Shown here: positions 9,918 through 20,397 of the stretch, in pieces
Layout of the letters: each line of letters starts with the position of its first letter
Numbering within the stretch: the first letter of the stretch is position 1
Notes under the pieces: generated by a model
Told to the model about the DNA's origin: nothing
What the model saw: the letters and a program-made list of their open reading frames with translations, nothing else
The model's database searches: none
Origin: an uncultured Acidobacteriota bacterium
GTDB lineage: Bacteria; Acidobacteriota; Blastocatellia; RBC074
DNA length: 64,000 nucleotides
Reading direction: 5' to 3'
Assembly: GCA_963796275.1 (NCBI GenBank)
Contig: CAWCKY010000007.1
Span: forward strand, 704,001 to 768,000
Position numbers and translations under genes: made by a program

Positions 9918-9971
9918 AGTTTTCAGTTTTCAGTTGCTGATCGAGACAGCTCAGCTAAATACTAAAAACCG
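9918..9971. repeat. Heptamer (TTTTCAG/CTGAAAA) imperfect hairpin
   Basis: AGTTTTCAGTTTTCAGTTG ... CAGCTAAATACTAAAAACC; same family as 54123-54195. Confidence 0.55.
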
Positions 9972-9989
9972 ATATTAACTGCTCAGCCA

Positions 9990-10410
9990 CTTCGCCGCGT
10001 TAGCGGCCGTTGATTGTAGCCGTTGGTTTTAACCCCTTGTCGTTACCCAAAACTGTTGCGATTCGCGATCACCGCTTTTCGCCCTGGTAACGGCGGTAGA
10101 AATTAGCCGGTGGTGAAGCGCAGCGGAACCACCGGTAGCCGTGAGTCCTCACATCGCACACCGGCAGGGGTGCTGGATGGGGGTCTGAAGTGCGAAATCT
10201 TCTTTTCATTGCGCCTGGTCCGGCACCCCTACCGGGGCGCAAAGGCAATAACGACGGGCTGGCCGGTGGTTTCGCTCCGCTACACCGCCGGCTAATATCC
10301 CACTGCGCCTCCGGCGCAAAACCTAAAAGTTTAGGTTTTGATAAGGTTTAACCCACGGGAGGCTTAAGGATATTCCCGCGTCGCGTTAGCGACGCCTGAA
10401 TTCAACTGTT
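9990..10410. repeat. REP-like palindromic element interrupted by a MITE
   Basis: CCGCGTTAGCGG ... GTAGCCGTTGGTTTTAACC[insert]CACGG ... CGTCGCGTTAGCGACG; removing the insert restores hairpin CCGTTGGTTTTAACCCACGG. Confidence 0.65.
10035..10346. mobile_element. 312-bp non-autonomous MITE-like insertion
   Basis: 7-bp direct repeat TTTAACC at 10028-10034 and 10347-10353; imperfect terminal inverted repeats CCTTGTCGTTACCCAAAACT / CCTTATCAAAACCTAAACT; long internal inverted repeats. Confidence 0.7.
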
Positions 10411-10434
10411 GTGACTGAAAACACACAACTTTCA

Positions 10435-10947
10435 TCATTTCACTCCCAGTAGCTCGACATCGAAGAAGAGAGTTGAGCCAGGTGGTATCGGCCCACTTTG
10501 CTTAGACCCGTAACCGAGCTCCGGTGGAATAATCAATCGGCGTTTGCCGCCGACCTTCATGGTCATAATGCCCTCATCCCATCCCTTGATTACTTGTCCC
10601 ATCCCGATCGTGAATTCGAAGGGTTGTTTGTTGTCAAGCGAGCTGTCGAACTTCGTTCCGTTTTGAAGCGTGCCGGTATAATGCACAACCACCGATTGGC
10701 CGAGCGAGGGGCTTCCCCCGGTACCAATGACCTCGTCGATATATTTCAGGCCGGACCCCGTCGTAATCTCTTTGCCCGGCGCTTTGGCGCCCGTTAAGTA
10801 ATGGTAGATGCCGAAGGCAGCTGCGAGCGATAGCACCCAAGGAGCTACGGTCCACAGCAACTTAAAGCCTTTGTGGTGCTGCGTTAGTGCAGATTTCGGG
10901 GTATATCCACGGAATCTCTTCTGTTGTCGATGACGACTCTTTGACAA
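10435..10947 (-). CDS. Membrane-anchored FKBP-type peptidyl-prolyl isomerase
   Basis: VHYTGTL, FDSS, GQVIKGWDEG, IPPELGYG, IPPGSTLFFDVELL; TTG 10947 after AGGAG. Confidence 0.92.
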   Translation of the reverse strand: MSKSRHRQQKRFRGYTPKSALTQHHKGFKLLWTVAPWVLSLAAAFGIYHYLTGAKAPGKEITTGSGLKYIDEVIGTGGSPSLGQSVVVHYTGTLQNGTKFDSSLDNKQPFEFTIGMGQVIKGWDEGIMTMKVGGKRRLIIPPELGYGSKQSGPIPPGSTLFFDVELLGVK

Positions 10948-11103
10948 GGTTGACGCTCCTTTGCATTCGCGGGGCTTGTACGAAGAAATATACCCGGCCC
11001 CGTGCCGCCGCGCAATGGTTGTTTGGCGATAGATCATAACGTAAAGTTGTTGCGAGAACTGTCAGAGCTCTCGCATTCCGATGAATGGGGAAAGGAAAGT
11101 GAA

Positions 11104-12108
11104 ATGCAAATTGGGATGATCGGCCTCGGGAGAATGGGCGCCAATATGGCGCGCCGCCTCATGCGCGGAGGCCACCGGTGTGTGGTGTTCGATCTGAACC
11201 CCGAGAACGTTGAGCTGTTAACGCGGGAAGGTGCAACCGGGGCGACTTCACTCGATGATTTCGTCGGCAAGCTGACTGCCCCACGGGCCGTCTGGTTGAT
11301 GGTGCCCGCTACGGTGGTCGGAAGTGCGCTCGATCAACTCGCCGCGAGGATGCAGAGCGATGACATTATCATCGATGGCGGAAATTCGCATTACATAGAT
11401 GATATCGCCCGCGCGAATGCTTTGCAGTCCAGGGGAATTCACTATCTTGACGTCGGAACCAGCGGTGGAGTCTGGGGGGTGGAGCGCGGTTATTGCTTGA
11501 TGATCGGCGGCTCGCCTCATGCTGTCCTTCACCTGGATCCGATATTCAAGACGCTCGCGCCGGGGCGTGGTGAAATAACGAGGACGCGTGGGCGTGAGAA
11601 TTCGAGCGGCACGGCGGAAGATGGGTATCTGCACTGCGGGTCATCGGGAGCCGGACACTTCGCCAAGATGGTCCATAACGGAATCGAATATGGGCTAATG
11701 GCGGCTTATGCCGAGGGGCTGAACATCCTGCAGCACGCCAATGTTGGGAAAAATGGTGATGAACCCCTATTGCGCCATCCCGAACATTTCCAATATGACT
11801 TCGATCTCAAGGAGATCGCCGAAGTATGGCGCAGAGGCAGCGTTATTTCATCGTGGTTGCTCGACCTGATGGCGATCGCGCTGGTCGAGAATCCGACTTT
11901 ATCGAATTTTTCAGGTCAGGTCGCGGATTCCGGAGAGGGGCGATGGACCGTTGCCGCAGCGATCGACCAGGGATGCCCCGCTCCGGTATTGAGCGCAGCT
12001 CTCTACCAGCGGTTCAGCTCCAGAGACGCGGATGACTTCGCAGAAAAGGTCCTCTCCGCCATGCGGTACCAGTTTGGCGGCCACGTCGAAAGACCGACCG
12101 GCGAATAA
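11104..12108 (+). CDS. gnd: 6-phosphogluconate dehydrogenase, decarboxylating (short type)
   Basis: [44 protein letters not shown]. Confidence 0.95.
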   Translation: MQIGMIGLGRMGANMARRLMRGGHRCVVFDLNPENVELLTREGATGATSLDDFVGKLTAPRAVWLMVPATVVGSALDQLAARMQSDDIIIDGGNSHYIDDIARANALQSRGIHYLDVGTSGGVWGVERGYCLMIGGSPHAVLHLDPIFKTLAPGRGEITRTRGRENSSGTAEDGYLHCGSSGAGHFAKMVHNGIEYGLMAAYAEGLNILQHANVGKNGDEPLLRHPEHFQYDFDLKEIAEVWRRGSVISSWLLDLMAIALVENPTLSNFSGQVADSGEGRWTVAAAIDQGCPAPVLSAALYQRFSSRDADDFAEKVLSAMRYQFGGHVERPTGE

Positions 12109-12162
12109 TTTCAATAAATAGACCGATAAATAGAAACGAAAAAACAAGTAGAAGGTGGTGTG

Positions 12163-12921
12163 ATGAGCATTGATATCAAGATTGGCGCGGATGGTGAAGC
12201 GGTGGCGCGAGCTGCCGCCGAGCAGTTTCAGCTCCTGGCGCATGAAACAGTCCAAGCGAAAGGCATCTTTACTGTCGTCCTGTCGGGCGGATCGACTCCC
12301 CGTAATCTCTTTTCTATTTTGGCGAACGATGCCGGAGTCCGCGAACAAATCCCGTGGGAGAATATTCATTTTTTCTGGGGCGATGAACGACACGTCCCCC
12401 CGTATGACGCGGAGAGCAATTATCGGATGGCTAATGATGCGATGCTGTCGAAAGTCCCGGTTCCGCAGGCAAATATTCATCGAATCCCGAGTGAGCTGCC
12501 CGATGCCGGTCTGGCGGCTGACGAATACGAACAGAAGCTGCGTATGTTTTTCCGCCTGAGTGAAGGACAGTTCCCCCGGTTCGACCTGGCTTTTCTTGGT
12601 CTGGGGCCCGACGGTCATACCGCTTCGCTTTTCCCGGGGACAAAGGCGCTGAACGAGCAGCAGCGGCTCGTCGTGTCGAATTGGGTCGGAAAGTTTTATA
12701 CCGACCGGATTACCATGACGGCGCCGGTCTTCAATCATGCGGCCATCGTCGTGTTCCTCGTCGGCGGCGATGATAAGGCGGCGCCCTTGAAAGCGGTTCT
12801 TGAAGGAAACTACGAACCAAATCAATTGCCAGCACAATTGATCGCCCCAAAACAGGGAAGATTGCTTTGGATCGTTGATAGGTCGGCCGCAAGGTTGCTA
12901 AAAAATGTTAAGCCAAAGTAA
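12163..12921 (+). CDS. pgl: 6-phosphogluconolactonase
   Basis: LSGGSTP, FWGDERHVP, GLGPDGHTASLFP, RITMT. Confidence 0.95.
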   Translation: MSIDIKIGADGEAVARAAAEQFQLLAHETVQAKGIFTVVLSGGSTPRNLFSILANDAGVREQIPWENIHFFWGDERHVPPYDAESNYRMANDAMLSKVPVPQANIHRIPSELPDAGLAADEYEQKLRMFFRLSEGQFPRFDLAFLGLGPDGHTASLFPGTKALNEQQRLVVSNWVGKFYTDRITMTAPVFNHAAIVVFLVGGDDKAAPLKAVLEGNYEPNQLPAQLIAPKQGRLLWIVDRSAARLLKNVKPK

Positions 12922-13588
12922 CACAGTCAGTCGGGTCGTCTTTCTATTCGACGTAGACAATACGCTGCTCGACAACGACCGGGTAACGGCCGACCTGAAG
13001 CGGCATCTGGAGAGTGAAGTCGGGCTCGAGCGATCGCAGAGGTACTGGGCGATCTTCGAGCAATTGCGCGGCGAACTCGGTTATGCCGACTATCTCGGAG
13101 CCTTGCAACGCTATAGATTCGAGTATCCGCGCGATCTCCGGCTGCTGACAGTCTCGCGGTTCATGATCGACTATCCCTTCGCGAACCGCCTGTTTCCCAA
13201 CTCCCTCGACGCGGTCGAGTATGTCAAACAATGGGGGCCGGCGGTTATTCTCTCCGATGGCGATGTGGTCTTCCAGCCGCGTAAAATCGAACGATCGGGT
13301 CTTTCAGATGTCGCCGATGGAAATGTCCTCATCTATGTGCATAAGGAGCGGGAGTTGGAGGATGTCGAGCGGCGCTACCCGGCCGATCATTATGTTCTGA
13401 TAGATGATAAGCTGCGTATCCTGACGGAAATCAAGAAAGTCTGGGGAGCGCGTGTGACGACGGTCTTCCCAAAGCAGGGGCACTATGCCCACGACCCGCA
13501 AGTGCTGACCAATTTTCCTCCCGCTGATGTGAGTATCGATCGCATCGGAGAGCTGCTGATTCAAGAAATGCAGAAACTCTGCTCATAA
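12905..13588 (+). CDS. HAD-superfamily hydrolase
   Basis: Motif [20 protein letters not shown]; overlaps the pgl stop. Confidence 0.85.
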   Translation: MLSQSNTVSRVVFLFDVDNTLLDNDRVTADLKRHLESEVGLERSQRYWAIFEQLRGELGYADYLGALQRYRFEYPRDLRLLTVSRFMIDYPFANRLFPNSLDAVEYVKQWGPAVILSDGDVVFQPRKIERSGLSDVADGNVLIYVHKERELEDVERRYPADHYVLIDDKLRILTEIKKVWGARVTTVFPKQGHYAHDPQVLTNFPPADVSIDRIGELLIQEMQKLCS

Positions 13589-13697
13589 ACCTATGGTGGG
13601 TTTAGGAAGAGAGAGCAGACCTGGGGCCGCCGTAGATCGCATACCATTCCATTCTAGAGAACAGAAACAACTAATATGTGAGAAGGAGGAGAACGAA

Positions 13698-15341
13698 ATG
13701 AAGACACATCCACTCGCCGGACAACCGGCGCCCGCCCAATTATTAATCGATCCAGTTCAACTGGAGCGCGCTTACTACGATCGCCAACCCGACGCGAGCG
13801 TTCCCGGTCAATTGGTGAGCTTCGGGACAAGCGGACATCGCGGCACATCGCTGGAAGGAAGCTTTAACGAAGCGCATATTCTGGCCATCACACAGGCTAT
13901 TTGCGAGTATCGACGGGGAAACGGGATATCGGGGCCGCTCTTTATGGGAAAAGATTCGCATGCACTGTCTGAGCCCGCACAGCGAAACGCGCTCGAGGTT
14001 CTGGCAGCAAACGGTGTCGAAGTCTTCATACAGCGGGACGATGGATTGACACCGACGCCCGTCATCTCGCGCGCGATTCTGGTTCACAATCGCGAGAATG
14101 GTAATTCTGCGGATGGGATCGTCATTACACCCTCGCACAATCCACCCTCCGATGGCGGCTTCAAATACAACCCTCCGAATGGAGGCCCGGCCGATACCGA
14201 TGTCACCGGTTGGATTCAGAACCGTGCGAACGCACTGCTTCGAACAGGCAACCGGGAAATCAAACGTATACCGGTAGAAGCAGCGCTCAAAGCGGCCACT
14301 ACGCACAAAGAAGATTTTGTAACACCTTATGTCGAGGATCTGGCAAAGGTCGTAGATATGGATGTGATTCGCGCTGAAGGCCTCCGAATCGGCATCGATC
14401 CGCTCGGCGGGGCGTCGGTCGGATACTGGCAGCCGATCAAAGAAGAGTTTGGGCTGAATATCACGGTGGTTAACCCACGGGTCGACCCGGCGTTCGGATT
14501 TATGACCCTGGATCACGACGGCAAGATCCGCATGGATTGCTCGAGCCCATATGCGATGGCCGGACTGGTCGGTCTCAAAGATCGGTTCGATGTGGCCTGG
14601 GGCAATGACCCGGATGCGGACCGTCATGGTATCGTCACGCGCACATCCGGCCTCATGAACCCCAATCATTATCTCGCGGTAGCTATCAGTTATTTGCTGG
14701 CCAATCGGCCGCAGTGGCCGGTTACGGTAACAGTAGGCAAGACGCTCGTCAGCAGCGGTTTGATAGATCGCGTCGTCGGCGATCTCGGACGAAAGTTGAT
14801 CGAAGTCCCCGTGGGGTTCAAATGGTTTGTTCCCTGGTTATTGGATGGCTCGTGTTGTTTTGGCGGTGAAGAGAGCGCTGGTGCGAGTTTCTTGCGCAGA
14901 GATGGGACTGTCTGGACTACAGACAAAGATGGAATCATACTCGGCCTGCTGGCGGCGGAGATCACGGCGCGCACCGGTAAAGACCCGGGCAATCACTATC
15001 TTAATCTGGTGGAGAGATTCGGAAAACCGTACTATACGCGCATTGATGCCCCTGCCTCGGCTGAAGAGAAGAGTAAATTGCGATCGTTATCTCCGGCCAA
15101 TGTTACGGAAACGGATTTAGCGGGCGAGCCTATCACGGCTAAACTGACGAACGCGCCCGGTAACGATGCGGAGATCGGCGGTTTGAAGGTCGTCGCGCGA
15201 AACGGCTGGTTCGCCGCGCGGCCTTCCGGTACCGAGAACATCTATAAACTTTATGCGGAGAGCTTCAAGAGTCAGGATCATCTTGATGCGATTGTGGAAC
15301 AGGCGCAGAAGATTATCGGACGAATACTGGAGGGGAAGTAA
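13698..15341 (+). CDS. pgm: Phosphoglucomutase
   Basis: [36 protein letters not shown]; RBS AGGAGG before ATG 13698. Confidence 0.95.
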   Translation: MKTHPLAGQPAPAQLLIDPVQLERAYYDRQPDASVPGQLVSFGTSGHRGTSLEGSFNEAHILAITQAICEYRRGNGISGPLFMGKDSHALSEPAQRNALEVLAANGVEVFIQRDDGLTPTPVISRAILVHNRENGNSADGIVITPSHNPPSDGGFKYNPPNGGPADTDVTGWIQNRANALLRTGNREIKRIPVEAALKAATTHKEDFVTPYVEDLAKVVDMDVIRAEGLRIGIDPLGGASVGYWQPIKEEFGLNITVVNPRVDPAFGFMTLDHDGKIRMDCSSPYAMAGLVGLKDRFDVAWGNDPDADRHGIVTRTSGLMNPNHYLAVAISYLLANRPQWPVTVTVGKTLVSSGLIDRVVGDLGRKLIEVPVGFKWFVPWLLDGSCCFGGEESAGASFLRRDGTVWTTDKDGIILGLLAAEITARTGKDPGNHYLNLVERFGKPYYTRIDAPASAEEKSKLRSLSPANVTETDLAGEPITAKLTNAPGNDAEIGGLKVVARNGWFAARPSGTENIYKLYAESFKSQDHLDAIVEQAQKIIGRILEGK

Positions 15342-15388
15342 GTCCGGCATTGGGAGATTCCTGCCAAACTAAGTCTTTGTGTGACAGG

Positions 15389-15415
15389 GGAACCGTCTTC
15401 CGTCGAATGTTTAAT
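15389..15415 (+). promoter_or_regulatory. Candidate ECF promoter GGAAC-N15-GTTTAAT
   Basis: Matches the motif upstream of the ECF sigma gene at 18824. Confidence 0.35.
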
Positions 15416-15566
15416 TGGCATGCACCGGCCGAGCATTCGTGAGCATCAGAATATGACAAGGACGAAGGACACTCGCGAATTGAGCGATCGAGGCGTGGGG
15501 TCTTGAGATTCGGCTCCGAACTACTCCCGACTACCTCTACTTAATCGACGCTCTGTGAAGTAGAAT

Positions 15567-17288
15567 GTGTCGGTGAATCCACGGAATAGAAGTTATATGG
15601 TGAAAGGTCAGCCGTATCAGATATGCGCGCCGTTGATCTTAATGTTGGTTCTCATCGGATACGCGGTCGCCGATGATAACTCCTTCCGGCCGATAATCAG
15701 GTATCGAATCGAGATCGATCTGGACTACAGCGGCGCGAAGTACAAGGGCCGTGAAATTGTCCGATATGTCAATTCAACCCGCGAAGAGCTGGAGAGCCTC
15801 AACTTTCAACTTTACCCGAATGTCGGACTTACTGAAGAGGATGAGCCCTCGCTACTGGTTCAACGTGTCAGCCTGGGTTCGCGCGAATTGAAATTCAGTC
15901 TGCGTTCGCGCAACACCGCCATAAAAGTCGATCTGCCGAGCAGACTGGCTCCCGGTAAGAGCATCGAGCTGACGCTTGACTTCGCCGCCCGCATCCCTCG
16001 CATGCAGCGGGAAGAGGCGAGCCTGCTCGCACATTTTTTGCATGAGGTTAATGATGCGGTAAGCGATGAGAACCAGCCGCGCGATGCTCGCGACATCTTC
16101 TTTGCGGGGGAAGAGGCTATGCTTCTGGGCTACTTCTATCCGGTCCTTACACAGCGAGATATGCAATCGACAGATCCAAGTCTCGCCTCTGGCGTGAACG
16201 GAATAGCCTTCAGCGAGGTCGCCGATTATGACGTGACATTGAAAACATCCGACGGTGTGACGGTTATTGGATCCGGAGCGAAATTCGGCCCGCTGCCGGC
16301 CGAGAGCCGGACATCGAAGAAGATGGTCTCATACAATTTCCGCGGCGAGAAGATGAGAGGATTCGCCCTGGCTCTCGCAGAGCGCGTTAAGAGCATCGAT
16401 CAAAAAGTGGGGAGCGTACGCGTCGTCTCTTACTTCCGAGAAGGCGATGAGCGATTGGGCAGGCGGGCGCTCAACATCGCCACGCTCGCTATCGAGGCTT
16501 ATACAAAGGCATTCGGCGAGTACGCGTATCCGATCCTGCAGGTTATCGAGCTGCCATTGCCGGCGGGCTACAGCGGGATCGAGTTTCCGGGCCTCGTCGG
16601 GCTGGCGCAGGCATACTACATCGACTTCGATGATCCTCAGGCAGCGCGTCTGCCCAATGTATTGAAGGAACAGGCCGATGTGATCAAATCTTCGTTCGAG
16701 TTCACTCTGGCGCACGGGATCGCTAATCAGTGGTGGGGTGAGATTGTAGGCAGTGATTCGGATCGGACTCCCTATGTCGGTGAAGCGCTCGCGACTTTTG
16801 CGGCTGCTTATTACCACGAGGTCGCGTATGGCAAACAACTGGGCGATCTGATAATCGAACAGCAACTACGCGGTGCGTACCAGGCATATCGAATGCTCGG
16901 AGGTATCGATCAGGAGGTGGACAAGCCGGCGAAAGAATTTAGGAGTGCGCTTCAATATACGGCTATCGTGCAGGCGAAAGGGGCACTCCTATTTGTGGCT
17001 TTACGAAATGAGCTGGGCGATGAGCAGTTTTTCGATGCGTTGCGCTATTATTTCAAGGTGAACAGCTTCCGAATTGCCACGCCGGAAAACCTGCGCTACG
17101 CTTTCCTGGCGTCGGCCAACGACCCCCGCCCGGTGCGAGCGCTCTTCCAGCGATGGTTGAAGGAGAAGCATGCTGATGAGGATATCGGCACATCCGATCT
17201 AACTTTATTGCCGCCTCCGGTCTCCAAAATACGCACATTGGGCAGAGTCTTTATCAAGATTGGGCGCACGGCGGCGCGGCCGTTCTAG
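15567..17288 (+). CDS. M1 aminopeptidase-like exported protein with degenerate active site
   Basis: M1 architecture (FGEYAYP, GIEFPGL, QWWG) but HEXXH reads HGIAN; start may be ATG 15597. Confidence 0.8.
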   Translation: MSVNPRNRSYMVKGQPYQICAPLILMLVLIGYAVADDNSFRPIIRYRIEIDLDYSGAKYKGREIVRYVNSTREELESLNFQLYPNVGLTEEDEPSLLVQRVSLGSRELKFSLRSRNTAIKVDLPSRLAPGKSIELTLDFAARIPRMQREEASLLAHFLHEVNDAVSDENQPRDARDIFFAGEEAMLLGYFYPVLTQRDMQSTDPSLASGVNGIAFSEVADYDVTLKTSDGVTVIGSGAKFGPLPAESRTSKKMVSYNFRGEKMRGFALALAERVKSIDQKVGSVRVVSYFREGDERLGRRALNIATLAIEAYTKAFGEYAYPILQVIELPLPAGYSGIEFPGLVGLAQAYYIDFDDPQAARLPNVLKEQADVIKSSFEFTLAHGIANQWWGEIVGSDSDRTPYVGEALATFAAAYYHEVAYGKQLGDLIIEQQLRGAYQAYRMLGGIDQEVDKPAKEFRSALQYTAIVQAKGALLFVALRNELGDEQFFDALRYYFKVNSFRIATPENLRYAFLASANDPRPVRALFQRWLKEKHADEDIGTSDLTLLPPPVSKIRTLGRVFIKIGRTAARPF

Positions 17289-17295
17289 TTGGAGA

Positions 17296-17382
17296 AATCA
17301 AAAGGCAAAAACCAAAAGGCGGATGGCCGCGCGTGTGGGCCCAACATTTTTGATTTTGCCTTTGGTTTTTGCCTTTTGCCTG
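17296..17382. repeat. Heptamer (AAAAGGC/TTTTGCC) inverted-repeat hairpin between convergent genes, likely terminator
   Basis: AAATCAAAAGGCAAAAACCAAAAGGC ... TTTTGATTTTGCCTTTGGTTTTTGCCTTTTGCC. Confidence 0.65.
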
Positions 17383-17398
17383 CTGATTTCTCTATTAT

Positions 17399-17749
17399 TT
17401 AGCCGGGAGGCCAGGTCATTACGCGGCCTCCTAACAAATGCACGTGCAGATGCCACACTGTCTGTCCCCCGTTCTCTCCGGTGTTGATCACTGCGCGGAA
17501 GCCATTCTCGGCTAGCCCGAATTGATTGGCGATCTTGGGAGCGAGGCGCAGCAGGTGACCGAGAAGGGCCTCATCACCCTGAGCTATGTCATTTAGCGAT
17601 TCAATATGTTCTTTGGGCACGATCAAAACGTGCGTCGGGGCCTGCGGATTAAGGTCGCGAAAGGCATAAGCCTGATCATCTTCGTACACTTTAGTCGATG
17701 GTATTTCGCCGGCGACGATCCTGCAGAATGTGCAATTGCTTTCCAACAT
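17399..17749 (-). CDS. hinT: Histidine triad nucleotide-binding protein
   Basis: CTFC, PQAPTHVLIVPK, GQTVWHLHVHLLGG, WPPG. Confidence 0.95.
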   Translation of the reverse strand: MLESNCTFCRIVAGEIPSTKVYEDDQAYAFRDLNPQAPTHVLIVPKEHIESLNDIAQGDEALLGHLLRLAPKIANQFGLAENGFRAVINTGENGGQTVWHLHVHLLGGRVMTWPPG

Positions 17750-17881
17750 TTATTCTCCTGTATTAAATCTTAAACGAGTATTTACATCGCGCAGATACTA
17801 ACATATTTCGATTCACCCGCAAGAAAAGAAATGTTGATTTATGCCCGTTTTAGCGATTATGGCAACATTAGGAGGTCGGAT

Positions 17882-18712
17882 TTGATCAATATTTTTAAAA
17901 TTATTCTTTCGCTTACGATCGCGATATTTGTTATCGCATGTGGCACGGGCCAGGTGACCAGTTCCAGCCAAGACGCGAACAATCACCCGGCGAATCGGTC
18001 GAAGTCGCAAGACGTAGTTCAAACCTTCACCTATCAAGTAATCAAGACTTATCCACACGATACGGAGGCATATACGCAAGGGCTCGTTTTTCACGAGGAT
18101 GCTCTCTTCGAAAGCACCGGTTTGAACGGACGATCTTCAATCCGCAAGGTGGACCTGATGACAGGCAAGGTTATCAAAAAAGTTGATGTGGCCCCGCAAT
18201 TCTTCGGAGAGGGGCTCGCTCTTTTTAATGGCCGCGCGTATCAACTGACCTGGCAATCGCAACGCGGGTTTATCTATGACCTGAAAGAGTTCGGGTTGAT
18301 CAATACATTCAGCTACACAGGCGAGGGGTGGGGGCTCACACACGACGGGCGTTCATTGATAATGAGCGATGGCACCCCTCGCATTCGCTTTCTCAATCCC
18401 GATACCTTTGCCGTTCAGCGCATGATCAATGTCACCGACGGGTCGGTGCCGATCACTCAAATCAACGAGCTCGAATATATCAAGGGAGAGATATATGCCA
18501 ATATCTATATGAGCGAACGCATCGCGCGCATCGATCCGCAGAGCGGAAAAGTCACGGCCTGGATCAACCTCTCCGGGTTGCTTTCACCTGAAGATCGCAC
18601 GAAACCAATTGATGTGCTCAACGGCATCGCGTATGACGAGTCGCGGGACCGATTATTCGTGACGGGGAAGCTGTGGCCTAAGCTTTTTGAGATTAAATTG
18701 AAGTCGCAATAA
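17882..18712 (+). CDS. Glutaminyl-peptide cyclotransferase (bacterial/plant type), lipoprotein
   Basis: YTQGL, ESTG, FGEG, EGWG, NELEY, LNGIAY, TGKLWP; lipobox VIAC; TTG 17882 after GGAGG. Confidence 0.92.
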   Translation: MINIFKIILSLTIAIFVIACGTGQVTSSSQDANNHPANRSKSQDVVQTFTYQVIKTYPHDTEAYTQGLVFHEDALFESTGLNGRSSIRKVDLMTGKVIKKVDVAPQFFGEGLALFNGRAYQLTWQSQRGFIYDLKEFGLINTFSYTGEGWGLTHDGRSLIMSDGTPRIRFLNPDTFAVQRMINVTDGSVPITQINELEYIKGEIYANIYMSERIARIDPQSGKVTAWINLSGLLSPEDRTKPIDVLNGIAYDESRDRLFVTGKLWPKLFEIKLKSQ

Positions 18713-18823
18713 TTCATGGAGCGATAAAGGCGAAAATATGCAAAAAAAGCGAAAATAGCCATAGGCGAAAATGGCCTTTTTTGACCTTCCGGCATCTTTT
18801 CCCCCTTTTTTGCCTCCTTTTTT

Positions 18824-18850
18824 GGAACCTTTCCTTTTCTCAGGTTGAAT
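18824..18850 (+). promoter_or_regulatory. Candidate autoregulatory ECF promoter GGAAC-N15-GTTGAAT
   Basis: About 40 bp upstream of the ECF sigma start; AAC and GTT cores typical of ECF promoters. Confidence 0.45.
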
Positions 18851-18889
18851 TATGGTCAAAAGCAATCTGTGCTGAAATCATAAAACCTG

Positions 18890-19543
18890 ATGGAGATGCA
18901 AACGACTCTAAGTGATGACGAATTGTTGCGGATGTTGCGTGCCGGCGACGAAAGCGCGTTTGTCTCACTCTACCGCAGGCGTCAGGGCGGAATCTACCGT
19001 TTCGCACTGCGGATGAGCGGGTCTGAAGCAGTCGCTGAAGATGTGACACAGGAAGTTTTTATAACCCTCATGTTTGACAATGGCAATTATGATCCCGCTC
19101 GCGGGCCACTCGTCGCGTATCTTTATGGGATCGCTCGCTATCAGGTACTGCGGCGTATTGAGAAGGATCGCTCTCTCTCGCAGATCAGCGACGACCGTGA
19201 ATATCCTCGTAATGCCTCGAACGTGCCGAATGACAGGAACGACATGTCGATCGAAGGGCGGATTTCCCTCAATGATCCATTGAGCGATCTGACGCGGCGT
19301 GAAACGATAGAATCGGTGCGACAGGCCGTGCTGGCGCTGCCTCCGCACTACCGAGAGGTCGTTGTGCTTTGCGATCTGCACGAGATGAGTTATGCGGAAA
19401 CAGCTCAAGTTATCGGTTGCGCGATCGGCACCGTCCGATCGCGGCTCCACCGCGCGCGCGCTTTGCTGTTTGAAAAGTTGAGCACACGGAATGCTGGCAA
19501 AACGAATGGGCGTCAGCCTAATCTTGAAAATAGTCTTGTATGA
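18890..19543 (+). CDS. ECF RNA polymerase sigma factor (cassette A)
   Basis: AEDVTQEVF (region 2); LPPHYREVVVL and GTVRSRLHRAR (region 4). Confidence 0.95.
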   Translation: MEMQTTLSDDELLRMLRAGDESAFVSLYRRRQGGIYRFALRMSGSEAVAEDVTQEVFITLMFDNGNYDPARGPLVAYLYGIARYQVLRRIEKDRSLSQISDDREYPRNASNVPNDRNDMSIEGRISLNDPLSDLTRRETIESVRQAVLALPPHYREVVVLCDLHEMSYAETAQVIGCAIGTVRSRLHRARALLFEKLSTRNAGKTNGRQPNLENSLV

Positions 19544-20343
19544 ACTGCAAAGAATTTGAATACATCGTAAATGATCTCGCACGCGGGCGAATTATAGATG
19601 CTTCGTCGCGGGATGATGGATTGGCTCACGCTCAGGTCTGCGTTCAATGTGCCCGGCGACTAGCCAATGAGCGTACGATATGCGAACTGCTGGGGAATCT
19701 GGCGGCGGATGATCAAGAAAAGTCGGCTCCTTTGGCAATCGAATCAGCGTTGGTCGCGGCTTTTCGGCAACAAAAGACCATCGAGAGACCTGATCGGATT
19801 CGTCAGCGTTTCGGCCGATGGGCGCTGGCGGCTGCCGCGATTATCGTGTTCGCGCTTGGCGCATACGGATTGACAGTTCGTTTCGCGATCCAGTCGCCAC
19901 CGACGAAGAGGGAATCGACCTTAACCGAAAGAACGTCGCAACCGGCTCCTGTGCCGGGCGAAGTTCCGGGAGCCCTCGCTGGCGAATTCAAAAAGACCGT
20001 CGATGAAGGTCAACGGCGTCCGCCAGTGCGTCATCCCAAGAAACATCATCCGAAGGCATCGGTTCGCGAAAAGGCCCGCCCGCTCACCCAGCCGATACTG
20101 CTCAGAGATGAGCTGACGCTATACGCGGATGACGCGGATGTTGTCACCGATTTTATACCGTTGACTGACGGAGACAGCCTCAAGCCGATTGAGAGGGGAG
20201 AGTTGATCCGCGTCCGAATGCCTCGCACCGCATTGCTTAGGTTTGGATTGCCGATGAATGTCGAGCGCGCCGGCGTTCCCGTCAAAGCCGATTTGCTCGT
20301 TGGTGATGATGGGATGGCGCGCGCCATCAGATTTGTTCGTTAA
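19540..20343 (+). CDS. Zinc-binding transmembrane anti-sigma factor (cassette A)
   Basis: Overlaps the sigma stop; HAQVCVQC ZAS motif; one TM; C-terminal VKADLLVGDDGMARAIRF. Confidence 0.85.
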   Translation: MNCKEFEYIVNDLARGRIIDASSRDDGLAHAQVCVQCARRLANERTICELLGNLAADDQEKSAPLAIESALVAAFRQQKTIERPDRIRQRFGRWALAAAAIIVFALGAYGLTVRFAIQSPPTKRESTLTERTSQPAPVPGEVPGALAGEFKKTVDEGQRRPPVRHPKKHHPKASVREKARPLTQPILLRDELTLYADDADVVTDFIPLTDGDSLKPIERGELIRVRMPRTALLRFGLPMNVERAGVPVKADLLVGDDGMARAIRFVR

Positions 20344-20397
20344 AATATCAACCGCCGCAGGCGTTCGCGGCCCTGAATTGGTAAAGGAGAGTGACAG

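Noticed and set aside
10035-10346. Structured ncRNA or riboswitch
   Set aside because: The structure is explained by nested REP-type inverted repeats with terminal repeats and a target duplication; no known RNA motif recognised.
11911-14669. Long antisense ORFs (308 aa each) and similar ones elsewhere
   Set aside because: Opposite well-supported genes, no motifs; expected in GC-rich coding DNA.
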